Below, one piece after another: positions 12,206-26,799 of a stretch of 64,000 bases of DNA. The position numbers and the translations under genes are program-made. The stretch is taken from positions 84,506,001-84,570,000 of the forward strand of contig OX597822.1 of NCBI GenBank assembly GCA_951406725.2, given 5' to 3'. This stretch comes from Octopus vulgaris (Eukaryota). The notes beneath the pieces were generated by a model that saw nothing but the letters and a program-made list of their open reading frames with translations, was not told the origin of the DNA and made no database searches. Each line of letters begins with the position of its first letter. Position 1 is the stretch's first letter.

Positions 12206-13192
12206 CTACTCCTCGATGGCCTCAAAAGACAGCATCAACTTGCCTGCTGAGGATTGGACACGAGCCTTCTTTGGAGGTGGTGAGTTATCATGCTTCCGTT
12301 CCTTCGACTGGACTTTGATCTCAGGATCATAGTGATGGACCCATGTTTCACCCTGTGTGATAAATCTGCCGAAAAAGTCCTCCTCATTTTCTTGACACAT
12401 TGCCAAAAGAGCCTGGGAGCAATTGACCCGTTCCTGCTCTGAAAAGACGTGAGCATCCGGGGATTTCATCGTGCAGATGGTCATGAATGATTTTTTTTCC
12501 ACGGATCCTACACTCCTCTTCACTTCTTGGGCTAATTGCCGAATAGTTATGCGGCGATCCACCAAAATGGCGGCCTCCACTTTATGGATAGTGTCATCAT
12601 CAATAGCGGAATGTGCTCGTCCAGGAATGGGAGCAGTTTCCACCGGTGTCCGACCTCATTTGAATTGGCGACACCAGTGCTTGATTACATCGTACGATGG
12701 TGCATCGTCACCATAAACTTCTTTCATCTCATCAAAAGTTTCTTTTGGTGTACGACCTATCCAGTATGCCTCCATTATAATACCTATTTCTATTTCTTTA
12801 CTGCCAATAAGGGGCTACACACAGAGAGTACAAATAAGGACAGACAAACGGATTAAGTCGATTATATCGACCCCAGTGCGTAACTGGTACTTATTTAATC
12901 GACCCCGAAAGGACGAAAGGTAAAGTCTACCTGGGCGGAATTTGAACTCAGAACGTAGCGGCAGACGAAATATCGCTAAGCATTTCGCCTGGCGCGCTAA
13001 CGTTTCTGCCAGCTCGCCACCTTTATAATACCTTAGTCTACTTCAGCAGCTGTAAAAGACAAACGAATACTAGTGGAAAGCTGCAATTTACAACGTGACA
13101 TGTAGAGACATGTATGATTATACATGTACAAGTTCTGTTTCCTGCAATAATCGGAAGTGTGTCAGGGAAAATCTTTAATGGACACCCCCTCG
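12206..13192 (-). mobile_element. Mariner transposon remnant (5' TIR and N-terminal half of transposase), interrupted by a SINE
   Basis: TA-cgagggggtgtcc terminus at 13192; TQGETWVHHYDPEIKVQS and PPPKKARVQSSAGKLML motifs; frameshifted. Confidence 0.85.
12786..13022 (-). mobile_element. tRNA-derived SINE, family B (Nin/Deu-like core)
   Basis: ggcgagctggcagaaacgttag head, cctttcggggtcgat core; duplicated flank ttataatacct at 12775-12785 and 13023-13033. Confidence 0.85.
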
Positions 13193-14626
13193 TATAAGAT
13201 ATATGGAACAGAATCCAAAGAGACTGGTAGTTGTCTGCATTTGTATTTGGAAAAATTGACAAAACGAGCACAGCGAAATTGTCATTGTTTCCGCGAGAGT
13301 TCATTTTCATGGTGAAGATAATGGTGCGGGGCAGGTGGTGGTGGTAGAAAGAAAAGACAGCAGAGCTTTACATCATCTACATTTATGAAACTGGCTGCAA
13401 CTGATGGGGACGCAAGACAACGTGAACTTGTATATGTTGGCAGGGAGAGAGAGGAGAGAGAAGAAGAAGCAGCATACACACACACACACACACACATTTT
13501 ACCTTCCCCTAAAATGTGTGCCCTTGTCCCCATATTTGGCGTGAGAGTTATTGATCCTATTTTTAAAGTATATATTTACAGTATTTGTATCGGCGAGCTG
13601 TTGGAGATTTGTGGGGCATTCACTTTGCAAAACTGTGGTTATTGGGGGAAGTTGTAGAGAAGACACAAAAGATAACTTTGGATAAAGAGGGCAGAGCAGT
13701 GGCTTGCTATTTCTGGGATACAAACTGGGACCTGATCAATCCCGGCTGGGTCAACTGGGTAAGTGGGGTGGTAGGCGATGGTGTCTGATTTTTTTTGTCT
13801 TTTCTTAATGAGTACACATAAAGCTGGAACTTAACTTTCCATGGCATATGAATGATTGAGATTACAACACACAACCGACCCTGGATGGGACGCCAGTCAA
13901 TCACTGGGTTAACTTCGCAGCAACGGTCAGAACTTATTTACAGTTGAGTAGACTGGAACAACGCGAGATGTTTTGCTCGTGAATACAACACATCACTCAG
14001 TGCGGGAATCGAAACCACTATCTTATGATCACGAGTGCAATATCCTAGCCACTAGACTGCGAGGCTTCACGTTTATAATCATTGATAGCCGAAAAATTAA
14101 ATTGCAGTTCAATATTACTACTAGACTGAAATGAATTTTTATTCAAAATTTAGTGTAGAAAATATGTCTGTAAAAGGCTGCGACATTTTAATATTTAGTT
14201 GAAAATTACCACCAAAAAAAAACAAAAAACGATGAATTTAGTCGAACGCATTAATCGAATAATTTTATCAGAAATTTGTAAGGCCTATGTTACCTCCCCT
14301 TGACAAAGGGAAGATACTATCTGCATGCACCTAGGGTTATTTCCCTTGAAACTCAGTTCACGCAGAGTAAACCTCTGCGTGTCTCACTCCAATCGAACAC
14401 AAATCAATGACAACGGAGGTATAGATATCGATCTGATACGGATAGTTAACAACTGCTGAATGCATGCATATTTTCTGACCTTCACAATCCAATAATGCTT
14501 GAGAAAGAATACAAAGTAATGAGAATTATGTACATTTAAGGTGGTGAGGAAGGAAAATAATTCACACCAGTTCTGCCATCTTTGTGATATTAGACATAGC
14601 TGTGGTTATGGAAAATATTGCCAAAA

Positions 14627-14847
14627 GGCGGCGAGCTGGCAGAAACGTTAGCACGCCGGGCGAAATGCGTAGCCGTATTTCGTCTGCCGTTACGTTCTGA
14701 GTTCAAATTCCGCCGAGGTCGACTTTACCTTTCATCCTTTCGGGGTTGATTACATAAGTACAAGTTACTCGCTGGGGTCGATATAATCGACTAAATCCGT
14801 TTGTTTGTCCTTTTTGTGTTTAGCCCCTTGTGGTTAGTAAAGAAATA
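14627..14847 (+). mobile_element. SINE family B
   Basis: Same consensus; 15-bp duplication ggttatggaaaatat at 14604-14618 and 14848-14862. Confidence 0.88.
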
Positions 14848-14999
14848 GGTTATGGAAAATATCTTTTGAATAATTTACTTCAGACGCTTACACTGACAAT
14901 CATATATTCTTTCCCCTCTCTCTCACACACTCACATACATTTACATACGCATATACTCTCTCTTACACATAATCCCATATTTTAGAGGCACAGCTCCTC

Positions 15000-15880
15000 T
15001 ACACACGAATCGGCAAAAACCAAGCTTTTTAATGGTTTACCAAATGTTTGCGTTCAACGTGTGTTGCACGCAGAGAAATAGTCGAAAACGTTAGTTGCCG
15101 TAGTTTTTGTGTGTATCTTAGAGAAATATGCCTTTTCTATGTCTCCTTTTTTTTTTTTATAAGGAACATCTAAGGTGTATTGGGAGAGTATAAAGATTAA
15201 AATTGTAGTTGAGAAAAAGTTAACTGAAATGGAGGAGTGGAAGCCATCTGAATATTGGAAAAGAGTTATGTTTATCATGATGATTTGCGACGGGGGTCAA
15301 AATGCCGACTTCCTGACTGCTGAAAGGAAGGAAGACAACAGCAGGAAGGAAGACAACAGGCATTCTGACCGCATCCGCACGTCAGGACCTTAAGCTCAAT
15401 TCAGAATCTACGGGAAATTGTGGTGAATCCCTGGCAGGAGAGGGTTGCTGCCGGAAAGTCATATGTATGGCAGCAGGATTCGGTCTCTTGCCATACCTCC
15501 GGAAAGAGTCAGAAGTGACTGTTGCAGAAATTCCTTCGACTTCACCAGCCTCAATTTCTGGCTTCCTAATTCTCCTGGTTCTAATCCTACGGATCACCAT
15601 GTCGAGAAAGGCACGGCCAAGAAAGACACCGGCCGCTCTGCCTGCAACATCAAGGTTGAGCTGGTGGCCAAGATCAAGGAGGTGCTCGAAGGTTTTTCCA
15701 AGAATACAGTGAGGAACACATACGCCATGTTCCGGAGCCATCTTGGAAGCTGAGGGCGGTAACTTTGAGGAAACTTATCGCTCAGCCATTTTTCTGAATT
15801 TTTAGAATAGTTTATTTCTTGGCTGCGACATTGTGTTTTGCTTTCTTTTTATGAAAATTTTCAAATGTAGCCGAACACTG
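15000..15880 (+). mobile_element. Internally deleted Tc1/mariner (maT/DD37D-like) transposon
   Basis: WQQDSVSCHTS and FWLPNSPGSNPTDH resemble WQQDSAPCH and WPPNSPDLNPLDY; right end gtagccgaacactg. Confidence 0.7.
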
Positions 15881-15884
15881 CACA

Positions 15885-15960
<76 letters not shown>

Positions 15961-16052
15961 TACATACATACATACATACATACATTATATATATATATAT
16001 ATATCTATATATATATATGCATGTTCGTGTGTGTATATATATATATATATAT

Positions 16053-16164
<112 letters not shown>

Positions 16165-16385
16165 GGTGAGCTGGCAGAAACGTTAGCACGCCGGGCGAAA
16201 TGCGTAGCTGTATTTCGTCCGCCGTTACGTTTTGAGTTCAAATTCCGCCGAGGTCGACTTTGCCTTTCATCCTTTCGGGGTCGATAAATAAAGTACCAGT
16301 TACGCACTGGGGTCGATGTAATTGACTTAATCCCTTTGTCTGTCCTTGTTTGTCCCCTCTATGTTTAGCCCTTTGTGGGCAGTAA

Positions 16386-16388
<3 letters not shown>
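16165..16388 (+). mobile_element. SINE family B within (TA)n
   Basis: Matches 14627-14847. Confidence 0.85.
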
Positions 16389-16430
<42 letters not shown>

Positions 16431-16531
16431 AGAATGTATGTATAAGCTCCTTCTATATAATAAATTAATTTTACTCTGCTATGTATTGAGTACCTTATTT
16501 ACTGTGGTTAACCCCGAATCAACCCGGGACC

Positions 16532-16575
<44 letters not shown>

Positions 16576-17279
16576 AGAATGCATGTACATACGAATGCAC
16601 CCGCACAAACACCCAGATATTCAATTGACACCCAACACTTGAGCGATATTTACTTTACCAGAATACGAAAGATGAAGTTGTCTTGGGCAGAATTTGATTT
16701 CAGAACGTAAAGCGATGTGAACTAAATTTATTCTGACGGGAAAGATGACAACCTTTGACACTATCAAAATAAACATGCCACCGTATCCAGATTTGAGTTA
16801 ATATTCCACTAGGAGTCACTCACACACTTAATGGGAACAGGTACCTATTTGCCCCCGTGGTTCGGAAAACGAATTGAAAGAGTTAATCCATCGTCTTGTT
16901 TAAAAGCACCTGGTCTTTGAGTACCCTTCGTTGGTCTCCCTCTGGGTTCCCTATCTTTTAGGCTTGGTGTTTTGTCTGAAGATAACTTCGACGGCCCGAA
17001 AGAAGAAAATAAAGGGTCATGGATGCTGGTGTACAATATTATAGAGCTGAGTGATTCTCTCTCATCATTACTTGGTGAAAATACTGAGGTCTATGTTTAA
17101 CTGAAGAGGTCCAATAAGACAGGGACATGCCAAGAATGATCTTCCGTGAAAACCGTATTATCTGTTGTTTTATCGTTGGCATTTAAATATTTCTAATTAG
17201 CCTTTTAAAATGATAATTAGAATTAATTATGTTAACACTAATTTAACTATTACTACTGCCATCGTCCATGTTATTTATA

Positions 17280-17281
17280 AC

Positions 17282-17316
<35 letters not shown>

Positions 17317-17870
17317 CGACAACGATAAAAAAAAGAAAATAATGATGACGGTGGTGATAGTGGTGGTGGTAGTGGTGATGATGATGATGATTAGCTGAAG
17401 GAGGAGAATGAAAAGGAGGAGGAGGAGGAGGAAAAGGCGGAGGAGTGGGGCGATGGTTATAATGGCATGGGAGATGATGATGATCGCCGCTGCGGCTGCT
17501 GACGATGATGATGATGACGATGGATGCCGATGATGATGATGCCGATGATGATGATGATGATGATGATAGCGATGACATTGACGACGACGACGATGACAGC
17601 AACGATGTTGTTGTTCTAAACACTGGCAGGATGGTAACGTCGCAGAGAGTAAGGTCCTAAGAGTCCTAATGCGTTTTCCAGCGATCCCCCCCACCACCCT
17701 CGCCATCGCAGTCAGTTTCGGTGGGAGCAGGAGGAATAGGTGGAATAGGAGGAGGAGGAGGAGGCGGCGGCGGCGGAGGAGGAGGAGGAGGAGGAGGCGG
17801 CGGCGGCGGAGGAGGAGGAGGAGGAGGAGGCGGCGGCGGCGGCGGCGGCGGAGGAGGAGGAGGAGGAGGT
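17280..17870. repeat. Compound trinucleotide repeats (GAT)n, (GGT)n, (GGA)n/(GGC)n
   Basis: Direct inspection. Confidence 0.9.
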
Positions 17871-18389
17871 GGGATCGGAAAGAAGAAGGTCTTGAAACAC
17901 AGCACAAGATTACTTTAACGACATGGCCATATTTTTATAGTTATCATCTCGTGGGTGCTGTTGGATGGCACAGGGAGAAGCTGGGTAGCGGTTACACCCA
18001 TAACGCATCTCACACACACACACTCACACACACATATCCACAGACATCTACACAGACACGCACGCACGCTCGCACGCACGCACACACACACACACACACA
18101 CACAAATATATACAAGCATGCTTACATGCACGCACACATACACACGGGCACACATACATTCACATATAAGCACACCCATGTACATATGTACACACATGTA
18201 TACACACACATGCGCACACACATACACATACAAGCAACAAACACACACACACATACACACACATTGATACATAAAACGCGTGCACACACACACACACACA
18301 TACACACATACACACACATTATCACTCCAAATACGGATGAAATGAAACGAACTCGACTTTCGAGAAATAACAGCAAGTTCTTAAAAAAA

Positions 18390-18800
18390 GGCGCAGGAGT
18401 GGCTGTGTGGTAAGTAGCTTGTTTACCAACCACATGGTTCCGGGTTCAGTCCCACTGCGTGACACCTTGGGCAAGTGTCTTCTACTATAGCCTCGGGCCG
18501 ACCAAAGCCTTGTGAGTGGATTTGGTAGACGGAAACTGAAAGAAGCCTGTCGTATATATGTATATATATGTATGTGCGTGTATGTTTGTGTGTCTGTGTT
18601 TGTCCCCCTAGCATTGCTTGACAACCGATGCTGGTGTGTTTATGTCCCCGTTACTTAGCGGTTCGGCTGAAAGAGACCGATAGAATAAGTACTGGGCTTA
18701 CAAAGAATAAGTCCCGGGGTCGAGTTGCTCGATCAATGGCGGTGCTCCAGCATGGCCGCAGTCAAAATGACTGAAACAAGTAAAAAGAGAAAAAGAGAAA
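18390..18800 (+). mobile_element. SINE family A, well-preserved copy
   Basis: ggcgcaggagtggctgtgtgg head through gaaacaagtaaaaagag tail. Confidence 0.9.
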
Positions 18801-18925
18801 TACATACTGTTGTCTTTAAAAAGGACACACTAGTAATGTTATCCGGTGTATATGACATGCTGGTCATGGATGGAATGACTTTGATCATAGCTCCGCGCGA
18901 TCAGGACGCACACATAAATACACGC

Positions 18926-18971
<46 letters not shown>

Positions 18972-19224
18972 GAAAGGAAAATAATCTTCTCCGACTCCGG
19001 GATGAATGGAGGGCCGAAGAGGTTTGAGAGATGTTTGACTCTGTGTGTGCGAGTGTGTGTGTGTGTGTGTGCGTGCGTGTGTGTGTGTGTGTGTCTGCAT
19101 ACATGTGTGAGTATGTTTGTGAATACGTGTATGCTAAGGTAATTACATGTCTACACGTACGTATGTGAAAATAGTTATACTATCATACATATGTCTACGA
19201 ACTGTACTTGTGTACGTGTGTGTG

Positions 19225-20045
19225 TATGCATGTATGTATGTATGTATGTATGTATGTATGTATGTATGTATGTATGTATGTATGTATGTATGCATGCATG
19301 TATGTATGTATGTATGTATGTATGTATGTATGTATGTATGTATGCATGTATGCATGTATGCATCCATGCATGTATGTATGTATGTATGTATGTATGTGTG
19401 TGAATTTATGTATGTATGTATGTGTGAATTTATGTATGTATGCATGTAGGTATATATATATGTATGTGTGTATGTATGCATGTATGTATGTGTGTATGTG
19501 TTCATGTATGTAAGTATATAAGTGTATGTATGTATGTATGTATGTATGTATGTATGTATGTATGTATGTATGTATGTGTGTGTGTATGTATGTATGTATG
19601 TGTGAATTTATGTATGTATGCATGTAGGTATACATATATGTATGTGTGTATGTATGCATGTATGTATGTGTGTATGTGTGCATGTATGGATGTATATAAG
19701 TGCATGTATGTATGTATGTATGTATGTATGTATGTATGCATGTATGTATGTATGTATGTATGTATGTATGTATGTATGTATGTATGTATGTGTGTATGTA
19801 TGTACGTATGTGTGTATGTATGTATGTATGTGTGTATGTATGTATGTATGGGCGTGTATGTATCTATGTATGTATATGCATGTTTGTATGTATGTGCGTA
19901 TGTATGTGCGTATGCATGTGTGTATGTATGTATGTATGTGTGCGTGTATGTGCGTATGTATGCATGTATGTATGTATGTACGTATGTATGTATTGTATGT
20001 GTATATGTATGTGCGTACGTACGTATGTATATATGTATATACAAA
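19225..20045. repeat. (TATG)n microsatellite tract with internal higher-order duplication
   Basis: Direct inspection; block gtgaatttatgtatgtatgcatgtagg recurs at about 19422 and 19601. Confidence 0.95.
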
Positions 20046-20342
20046 CGCGCGCACACGCGTACATTCACCGCCTCGCCCCCTCCCCCACAAATCCATCGTT
20101 ATGTTTACGTTTAGTGATGTGTGTTACTTGTAGAGAATCAGATTCCGTTAGTCGGTACGTTGTGTCTCAGAGGAATGTCAGCTTCGCCAATGGAAAACAT
20201 GATGAGATGTTGTCACATTTATGAGACAAACTTTATGATAAGGGCAATTTTTGCAGATTTGCTTTTACTCACGACGCTCTCTTATACAAGAAACACACGC
20301 AAAACACACATACACATTTAAGTACATATGTATATATATATT

Positions 20343-20376
<34 letters not shown>

Positions 20377-20522
20377 TGTATGTATGTATGTATGTATGTA
20401 TGTATGTATGTATGTATGTATGTATATATGTATGTATGTATGTATATGTATGTATGTATGTATGTATGTATATGGTATGTGTGTATGTATATATCTATAT
20501 ATCTATCTATCTATATATGTAA

Positions 20523-20585
<63 letters not shown>

Positions 20586-20586
<1 letters not shown>

Positions 20587-20967
20587 TAGCAGTATCGCCC
20601 GGCGTTGCTCAGGTTTGTAAGGGAAATAACTATAAAGCATTTTTAGAGAGTTATAGCCAAAAAATAGCAAAAAAATGGAAAAAAAATTATGGTAAATTTT
20701 TTTTTGAGAGTAAAAAAAGGTTGAGTTGCGTCCCCTAGACAGTGGTTTGTTTTTTTTGATTCTCGACCCCATGTCGAATTTATCGATTTTTTTCAGAACT
20801 GGGGTTAACTTTTCAAAATTTTCGCTGCGTTAGTTTTGAATTATGACATTGGGCTATGTGTGTGTCAAGTTTCATCAGAATCGGTTGAAAGCCGTGGTCA
20901 GGGTGAGGGTACGAGAAAACAGACACACAGAAACACGCACAGACAAACTGCCGTTTATATATAGAGA
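20586..20967 (-). mobile_element. Non-autonomous Helitron
   Basis: Minus strand begins TC-tctatatataaacgg, ends in GC-rich imperfect hairpin then CTAG, between A and T in (TA)n. Confidence 0.7.
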
Positions 20968-20987
20968 TATATATATATATATATATA

Positions 20988-21626
20988 TATCAACAATTGA
21001 GGGTAAAATTAATTAATCAATTTCACCAAGTGTTCAGTATGTAAAAGGACCATTTAAGGCGAATTCAAAATATTACCTTATATAATTAGGGCTTAGTAAA
21101 ATAAATTACCTTGCCACATACTGGACTTAGTAGAAATAGCAGCCCCCAAAAATTTTTTTAGCCATTTCTACTACTTAAAGAAAATTTCTCTCAGATAATG
21201 TTTACTCCAGACAGCTCACGAAGGTTTGGAGGTAAATACAGAAAAATATCACAAGTACATAGATCGTTTGAGTACGTCAACGTTTCAAGATTAGCCAAAT
21301 AAAATCAGCATTCCTTTCGTCAGTTCAAAATTTCTTAATTTGGATTTGGAAACACTAAAAAGAAGGAACTTTACCTCTTGGCGAACTTGTCGCTTCAAAT
21401 GAACCAGCTCCAACTGCTAGTGCCAACAAATTCAAAATGCGCAGGCGTAAATCTCTGCAAACCTTTTCCACCCACGTGGTCTATCTAGCAAACATTATAT
21501 TTTAACCGCGAGAACCAAGGCAGTATGACAGAGAGAAATGAATTATAATATCAACAATTGAGGGTAAAATTAATTAATCAATTTCACCAAGTGTTCAGTA
21601 TGTAAAAGGACCATTTAAGGCGAATT
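20988..21626. mobile_element. 561-bp unit bounded by identical ~78-bp direct repeats (Penelope pseudo-LTR or retrozyme-like)
   Basis: 20988-21065 equals 21549-21626; hammerhead-like core on minus strand at 21279-21323. Confidence 0.5.
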
Positions 21627-21753
21627 ATATGTATATATGTATATATGTATGTATGTATATGTAAGTATATGTATGTATCCCTCTCTCTTTCCCTCTCACT
21701 CCCCCTCTCTCTATATATACATATATATATATATAGATATATATGTATATGCA

Positions 21754-21836
<83 letters not shown>

Positions 21837-22264
21837 GTTTGTATATTTATTCAGCCATGGTCCACCTCCCCACTTCACCCCGCAACGTTGTCAAATTAAT
21901 AGCGGAACTCGAGGCATGTTCGGCTGTGCTACACCACGAAGATTGCATTGATGAAACGGTTTGGGATGCTGGGGCCTAGAGCGAAGAGGGGAGAGATATA
22001 CAGTGATGTAGATATGGAAGATCCTAGAGGGGCTAGTACCATAGTTTGGCATCAAGAGTTATTACCAGACCCCGGATAGGACGCCATCGCACTATTCCAA
22101 AGGCCCCATCCACCCATTTAGAGTAAGGACCAGGTTCTGCAATACCTTGAGGTTCAAAGGCTCACAGCAATTCAATATCTTGACAAAAGAAACTTGAGAG
22201 ATCCACATGGCCGCATTGTTTGGGCGCTGACGGAACGCATAAAAGGATAAACGAATAAAAGTAA

Positions 22265-22278
22265 TATATGCATGCGTG

Positions 22279-22341
<63 letters not shown>

Positions 22342-23036
22342 GTGTGTGTGTGAGAGAGTACGAGTATGTGTGTGCGCATGTGTGTGTATGTGTGTGTATG
22401 TGTATATGTCTGTGTGCATGTATGTGCATGCGTATGTGTGTGTGTGTGTGTGTATGTGTGCCTGTGTGCATGTGTATGTGCATGTGTGTGTGTATGTGTA
22501 TATATGTGTGTGCATGTGTGCGTATGTGTATATATGTGTGTGTGTGCATGTGTGTGTATGTGTATATGTGTGTGTATGCGTGCATGTGTGTATATGCATG
22601 TGTGTGCGTGTATGTGTATGTGTATATGTGTATATATGTGTGTGTGCATGTGTGCGTGCGTGCATGTGTGTGTATATATGCATTTGTGTGTATGTGGATG
22701 TGTGTGTGTATGTGTATATGTATGTGCATGTGTGCGTATGTGTATATATATGTGTGTGTGTGTGTGCATGTGTGTGTGTATGTGTATATGTGTGTATACG
22801 TGCATGTGTGTATGTGCATGTGTGTGCGGGTATGTGTATGTGTATATGTGTGTATGCGTGCATGTGTATATGTGCATGTGTGTGCGGGTATGTGTATGTG
22901 TATATGTGTGTGTGTGCATGTGTGTGTGTGCATGTGTGTGTATATGTGCATTTGTGTGTATGTGGATGTGAGTGTGTGTGTATGTGTGTGTATGTGCGTA
23001 TGTGCGTGTGTGCGTGTGTGTATGTGTGTGTGTGTA
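22265..23036. repeat. Degenerate (TG)n/(TATG)n tract
   Basis: Direct inspection. Confidence 0.95.
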
Positions 23037-23529
23037 ACTAGTTCTTCACATCCTGTGGTGTTTCCATTGAATTATTACAATAACTTCGACGGCCTCGAAG
23101 CGGCACCATTATATGTGGTGCGCTTCAATTTTGCTTGACTCCTTCCTTTGCAACCACGTGGTTTCGGCTTCCATGCCTCCGTGCCCTACCTTGAGCAAGT
23201 CTCTTCTTATAGATCTTGGACGACCAATGCCTTGTGAATTGTAATTTTGGAGACGGAAACTGGGGAAGCCCATCGTTTCCCTCCTCTCTCTCAGTCTTTT
23301 TCTCTCTCTCTTTATGATTGTGTGTGTGTGTGTGTGTGGGGGGGGGAGAGTGTGTGTTTGTCTCCCCTCCTACTTGACAAACTGGTATTGTCTTTGTTTG
23401 CGTCACCGCGATGTAGCAGTTGGACAAATGAGAATGATATAATAAGCACAAAACTAAAAATAAAATGGACGCTGGGGAAGTTGCTGATGGTAATGGAGCT
23501 GGTGGTAGCAGAGGTGATTGTGGCGGCGT

Positions 23530-23570
<41 letters not shown>

Positions 23571-23581
23571 GTGATGGTCAC

Positions 23582-23636
<55 letters not shown>

Positions 23637-24153
23637 TGGTTGCTTAACCCCAAGGCAGCTCTGATGCAGTAGATCTAGGATCAAAGATATTCCTGCCGTG
23701 ACGCTCCCGTTGATTTTAGAGTGACAGTATCTAATGTGACCATCCAAGCCTGGATGTAAATGGAGAGGTGCAGTCGGTTCGAAATGTTTAGGACTTCGCT
23801 TTGCAACCGCCATTTTCCGGCTTCAGGTCTCACTGCTTAACATTTTGAGCAATTTCTACTCTCTTCAGACTCGGTGATATTACGTAGATGGAAACTGTAC
23901 GGAAGCCCGTCGAGAGGATTGTACCTCTAATACAAAAGGGACAGATCAGTCGCACAATATGTCACGCTGATTCTACCTGAGAATTACGTTATGCGCAGGC
24001 GTGGCTGTGTGGTAAGAAATTTGCTTCCTAGCCACATGGTTCTGGGTTCAGTCCCACTGAGTGACACCTTGGGAAGGTGTCTTCTACTATAGCCATGGGT
24101 CGACTAAAGCCTTGTAAATGACTTTGGTAGACGGAAACTAAAAGAATCCCGTC

Positions 24154-24217
<64 letters not shown>

Positions 24218-24801
24218 GTGCGCTTTTTTATGCACGTTTGCGTGCGCCCTAGTGTATGTGTTTGCCTCTCCACACCATCGCTTGACAACCGGTATTGGTG
24301 TGTTTACATCACCGTGACTTAGAGGTTCATCAAAAGGTGTGGTTGCTGATGGTGTGAGGGTGATGGCGTTGGCGCTGCTTCTGCTGCTCCTGATGATAAT
24401 GACAACGTGTATGTTGTTGATAGAAACGATGGCGACGATGATGACGATATTAGTGGCGGCAGTTAACGATGATAGGTATGTCATCTCTTCCGAATGATAG
24501 AAATCCAAAGAGACGTTCTGCTAAATTGCACAAAAACTTACCAAAGGAACATGGAGTAAGAGTTAATGCGTAGATTAAAGAAAGAGGATGAGTATCCCTT
24601 TGATGTTTAGATTAACATCAACGAAGGTTTAACGAAAAATAATATTACTGTCTTTAACAAACACACACACACACACGCGCGCGCGCGCACGCGCATGTTC
24701 CCAATGACTATCTTTTACTCACACGCGTATATTCATATATATATATGTATGTATATACATACACACACACACACACACATATATATGCATATATATATAT
24801 A

Positions 24802-24839
<38 letters not shown>

Positions 24840-24963
24840 CATATAAATATGTATATATGTGTATATATGTATATGTATATATATATGTGTGTGTGTGTTG
24901 TATGTATGTGTTTTTATATATATGTATGTATCTATATAGATATGTATATGTATATATGTATGC

Positions 24964-25026
<63 letters not shown>

Positions 25027-25741
25027 ATGTATACATACATACATACACGATCAAATGGACTCCAAAGAGACTGGTGTTGGTTTCCGACGGCAAGACTTGT
25101 ACACACACACACACACACACACAAACACACAATGTTTATATATGTATACGTATATTTGTATATCATCTAAAGCCCATGAAGGACAGACTCCGGATGAAGA
25201 TACTTCAGGAGTATATAAAATTGAACGAGACACTCTCAGTAAACTTCTTTATAATAATGCCTCCGATGACTGTAATTTTATGCGTGAACGTGCGTGACCT
25301 AGTAGTATCTGGAATGGCATTTGTTCACTGGATTTAGAAAAGCAGTCATCAGGGAGACCAGAATTTCTAGTCCGCATTCACTCTTGCCTCTTCTAAATTG
25401 CCATGAAATGAAGGAAATGTATAGAAATGAAGGAAATGTCTTAGAAAGATTTTGTCACGAGGTATAGACAATTTTTCTTGAAGGTTCTGGAATCTTCACT
25501 AGGGAAATCCTGCTCATTTATAATTAGGTGGCTGTAACAGCATCTTAGATGCACGCTGGAGTATCACAAGAGAAACCAGTTGAAGGGGAGGGTGTAGAAA
25601 AATCTAGTTGGGAATCCCTGACTGTCTGACAGACATAAATTCGATTCCTCGAATACACTGCTCTTGCACACGCGCTAGTGGCTTCTACTACAGGCACGGG
25701 CTGACTAAAGACTTGTGAGTGGATTTGGTAAACGGAAACTG

Positions 25742-25789
<48 letters not shown>

Positions 25790-26063
25790 GTTATGTGAAT
25801 GCGTCTTAGTGTGTGTGTTTGTACCCCATCGCCACTTGACAAACGGTGTTAGTGTGTTTACGTCTCCGTAACATAGCTGTCCGGCAAAAGGGAACGATAG
25901 AATAAGTACCAGGTATAAAAAAGAAGGGGAGGATTGATTCATTCGACAAAAATTCTTCAAGGCGGTACCCCAGCATGGCCGCAGTCTATTGACTGGAAGA
26001 AGTAAAAGATAAAACAAAAATACACACACATACATACATACATACATACATACATACATACAT

Positions 26064-26143
<80 letters not shown>

Positions 26144-26799
26144 ATATACGCACTCGTAGATAGCTATCAGAGACGACAGATATATAGGCCGTAGCATTAG
26201 ATACTGATTCTGATAAACGCACGAGATACGATAGAAAGACATGTAAAAACCATTTTAACATATTTCTTTACGGAATTATTTTAATTAGGTTTTTGATGTT
26301 CCCTACATCACAGACCTGCATGCCATTACCTCCAACAACGCCCAGTCCCCCATTGATGATGCCACCCCTCATTTTTGGCTAACGTTCACCACCCAAGCGC
26401 CCTCTACATGCAACCTTGTGTTTGTTTATCGATGATCGATGAAAACTTTGATTTTGAAATTTTGTGGCATTTCAACGGAGGACGTAACTGCCCGGTGGTG
26501 TGGGTCGGAGTATTGCGACTGTTCCAAACTTTATTACACCTTCGAGGTCCTTGGCAAAAGAGGACATCATGGGAGTGGCAGTTGTTGCGGAGGTGTGTTG
26601 ATGTCAATGGAATTTGGACTCAGAACGTAAAGGACCGAAGAAGACGTCGCTAACGACTCGGTCAGCGCGCCCTTCTGTAATCGTTTCAAATCCTGATCCA
26701 AGGCAAACACTTTTAAGGGAAGGGGTTTTATCGATTGCATCAACCCTTTCAAATGACAGGTACCTTATTTTATAGACCCGAAAGGAATAAAAGGCAAAG

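Noticed and set aside
16975-17010. CTGAAGA...CGAAAG hammerhead candidate
   Set aside because: No stem II pairing, no palindromic stem III and no UH with stem I partner.
17243-18169. Poly-Pro, poly-Gly, poly-Arg and poly-Ser ORFs
   Set aside because: Trinucleotide repeats open in all frames; no domain or splice support.
19143-23138. Long ORFs rich in YVCM, HTYI, CVCV and similar
   Set aside because: Translations of di- and tetranucleotide microsatellites; the same holds for most ORFs in the supplied track.
26306-26318. 18S rRNA-like 13-mer caggtctgtgatg on minus strand
   Set aside because: Match does not extend on either side; consistent with chance.
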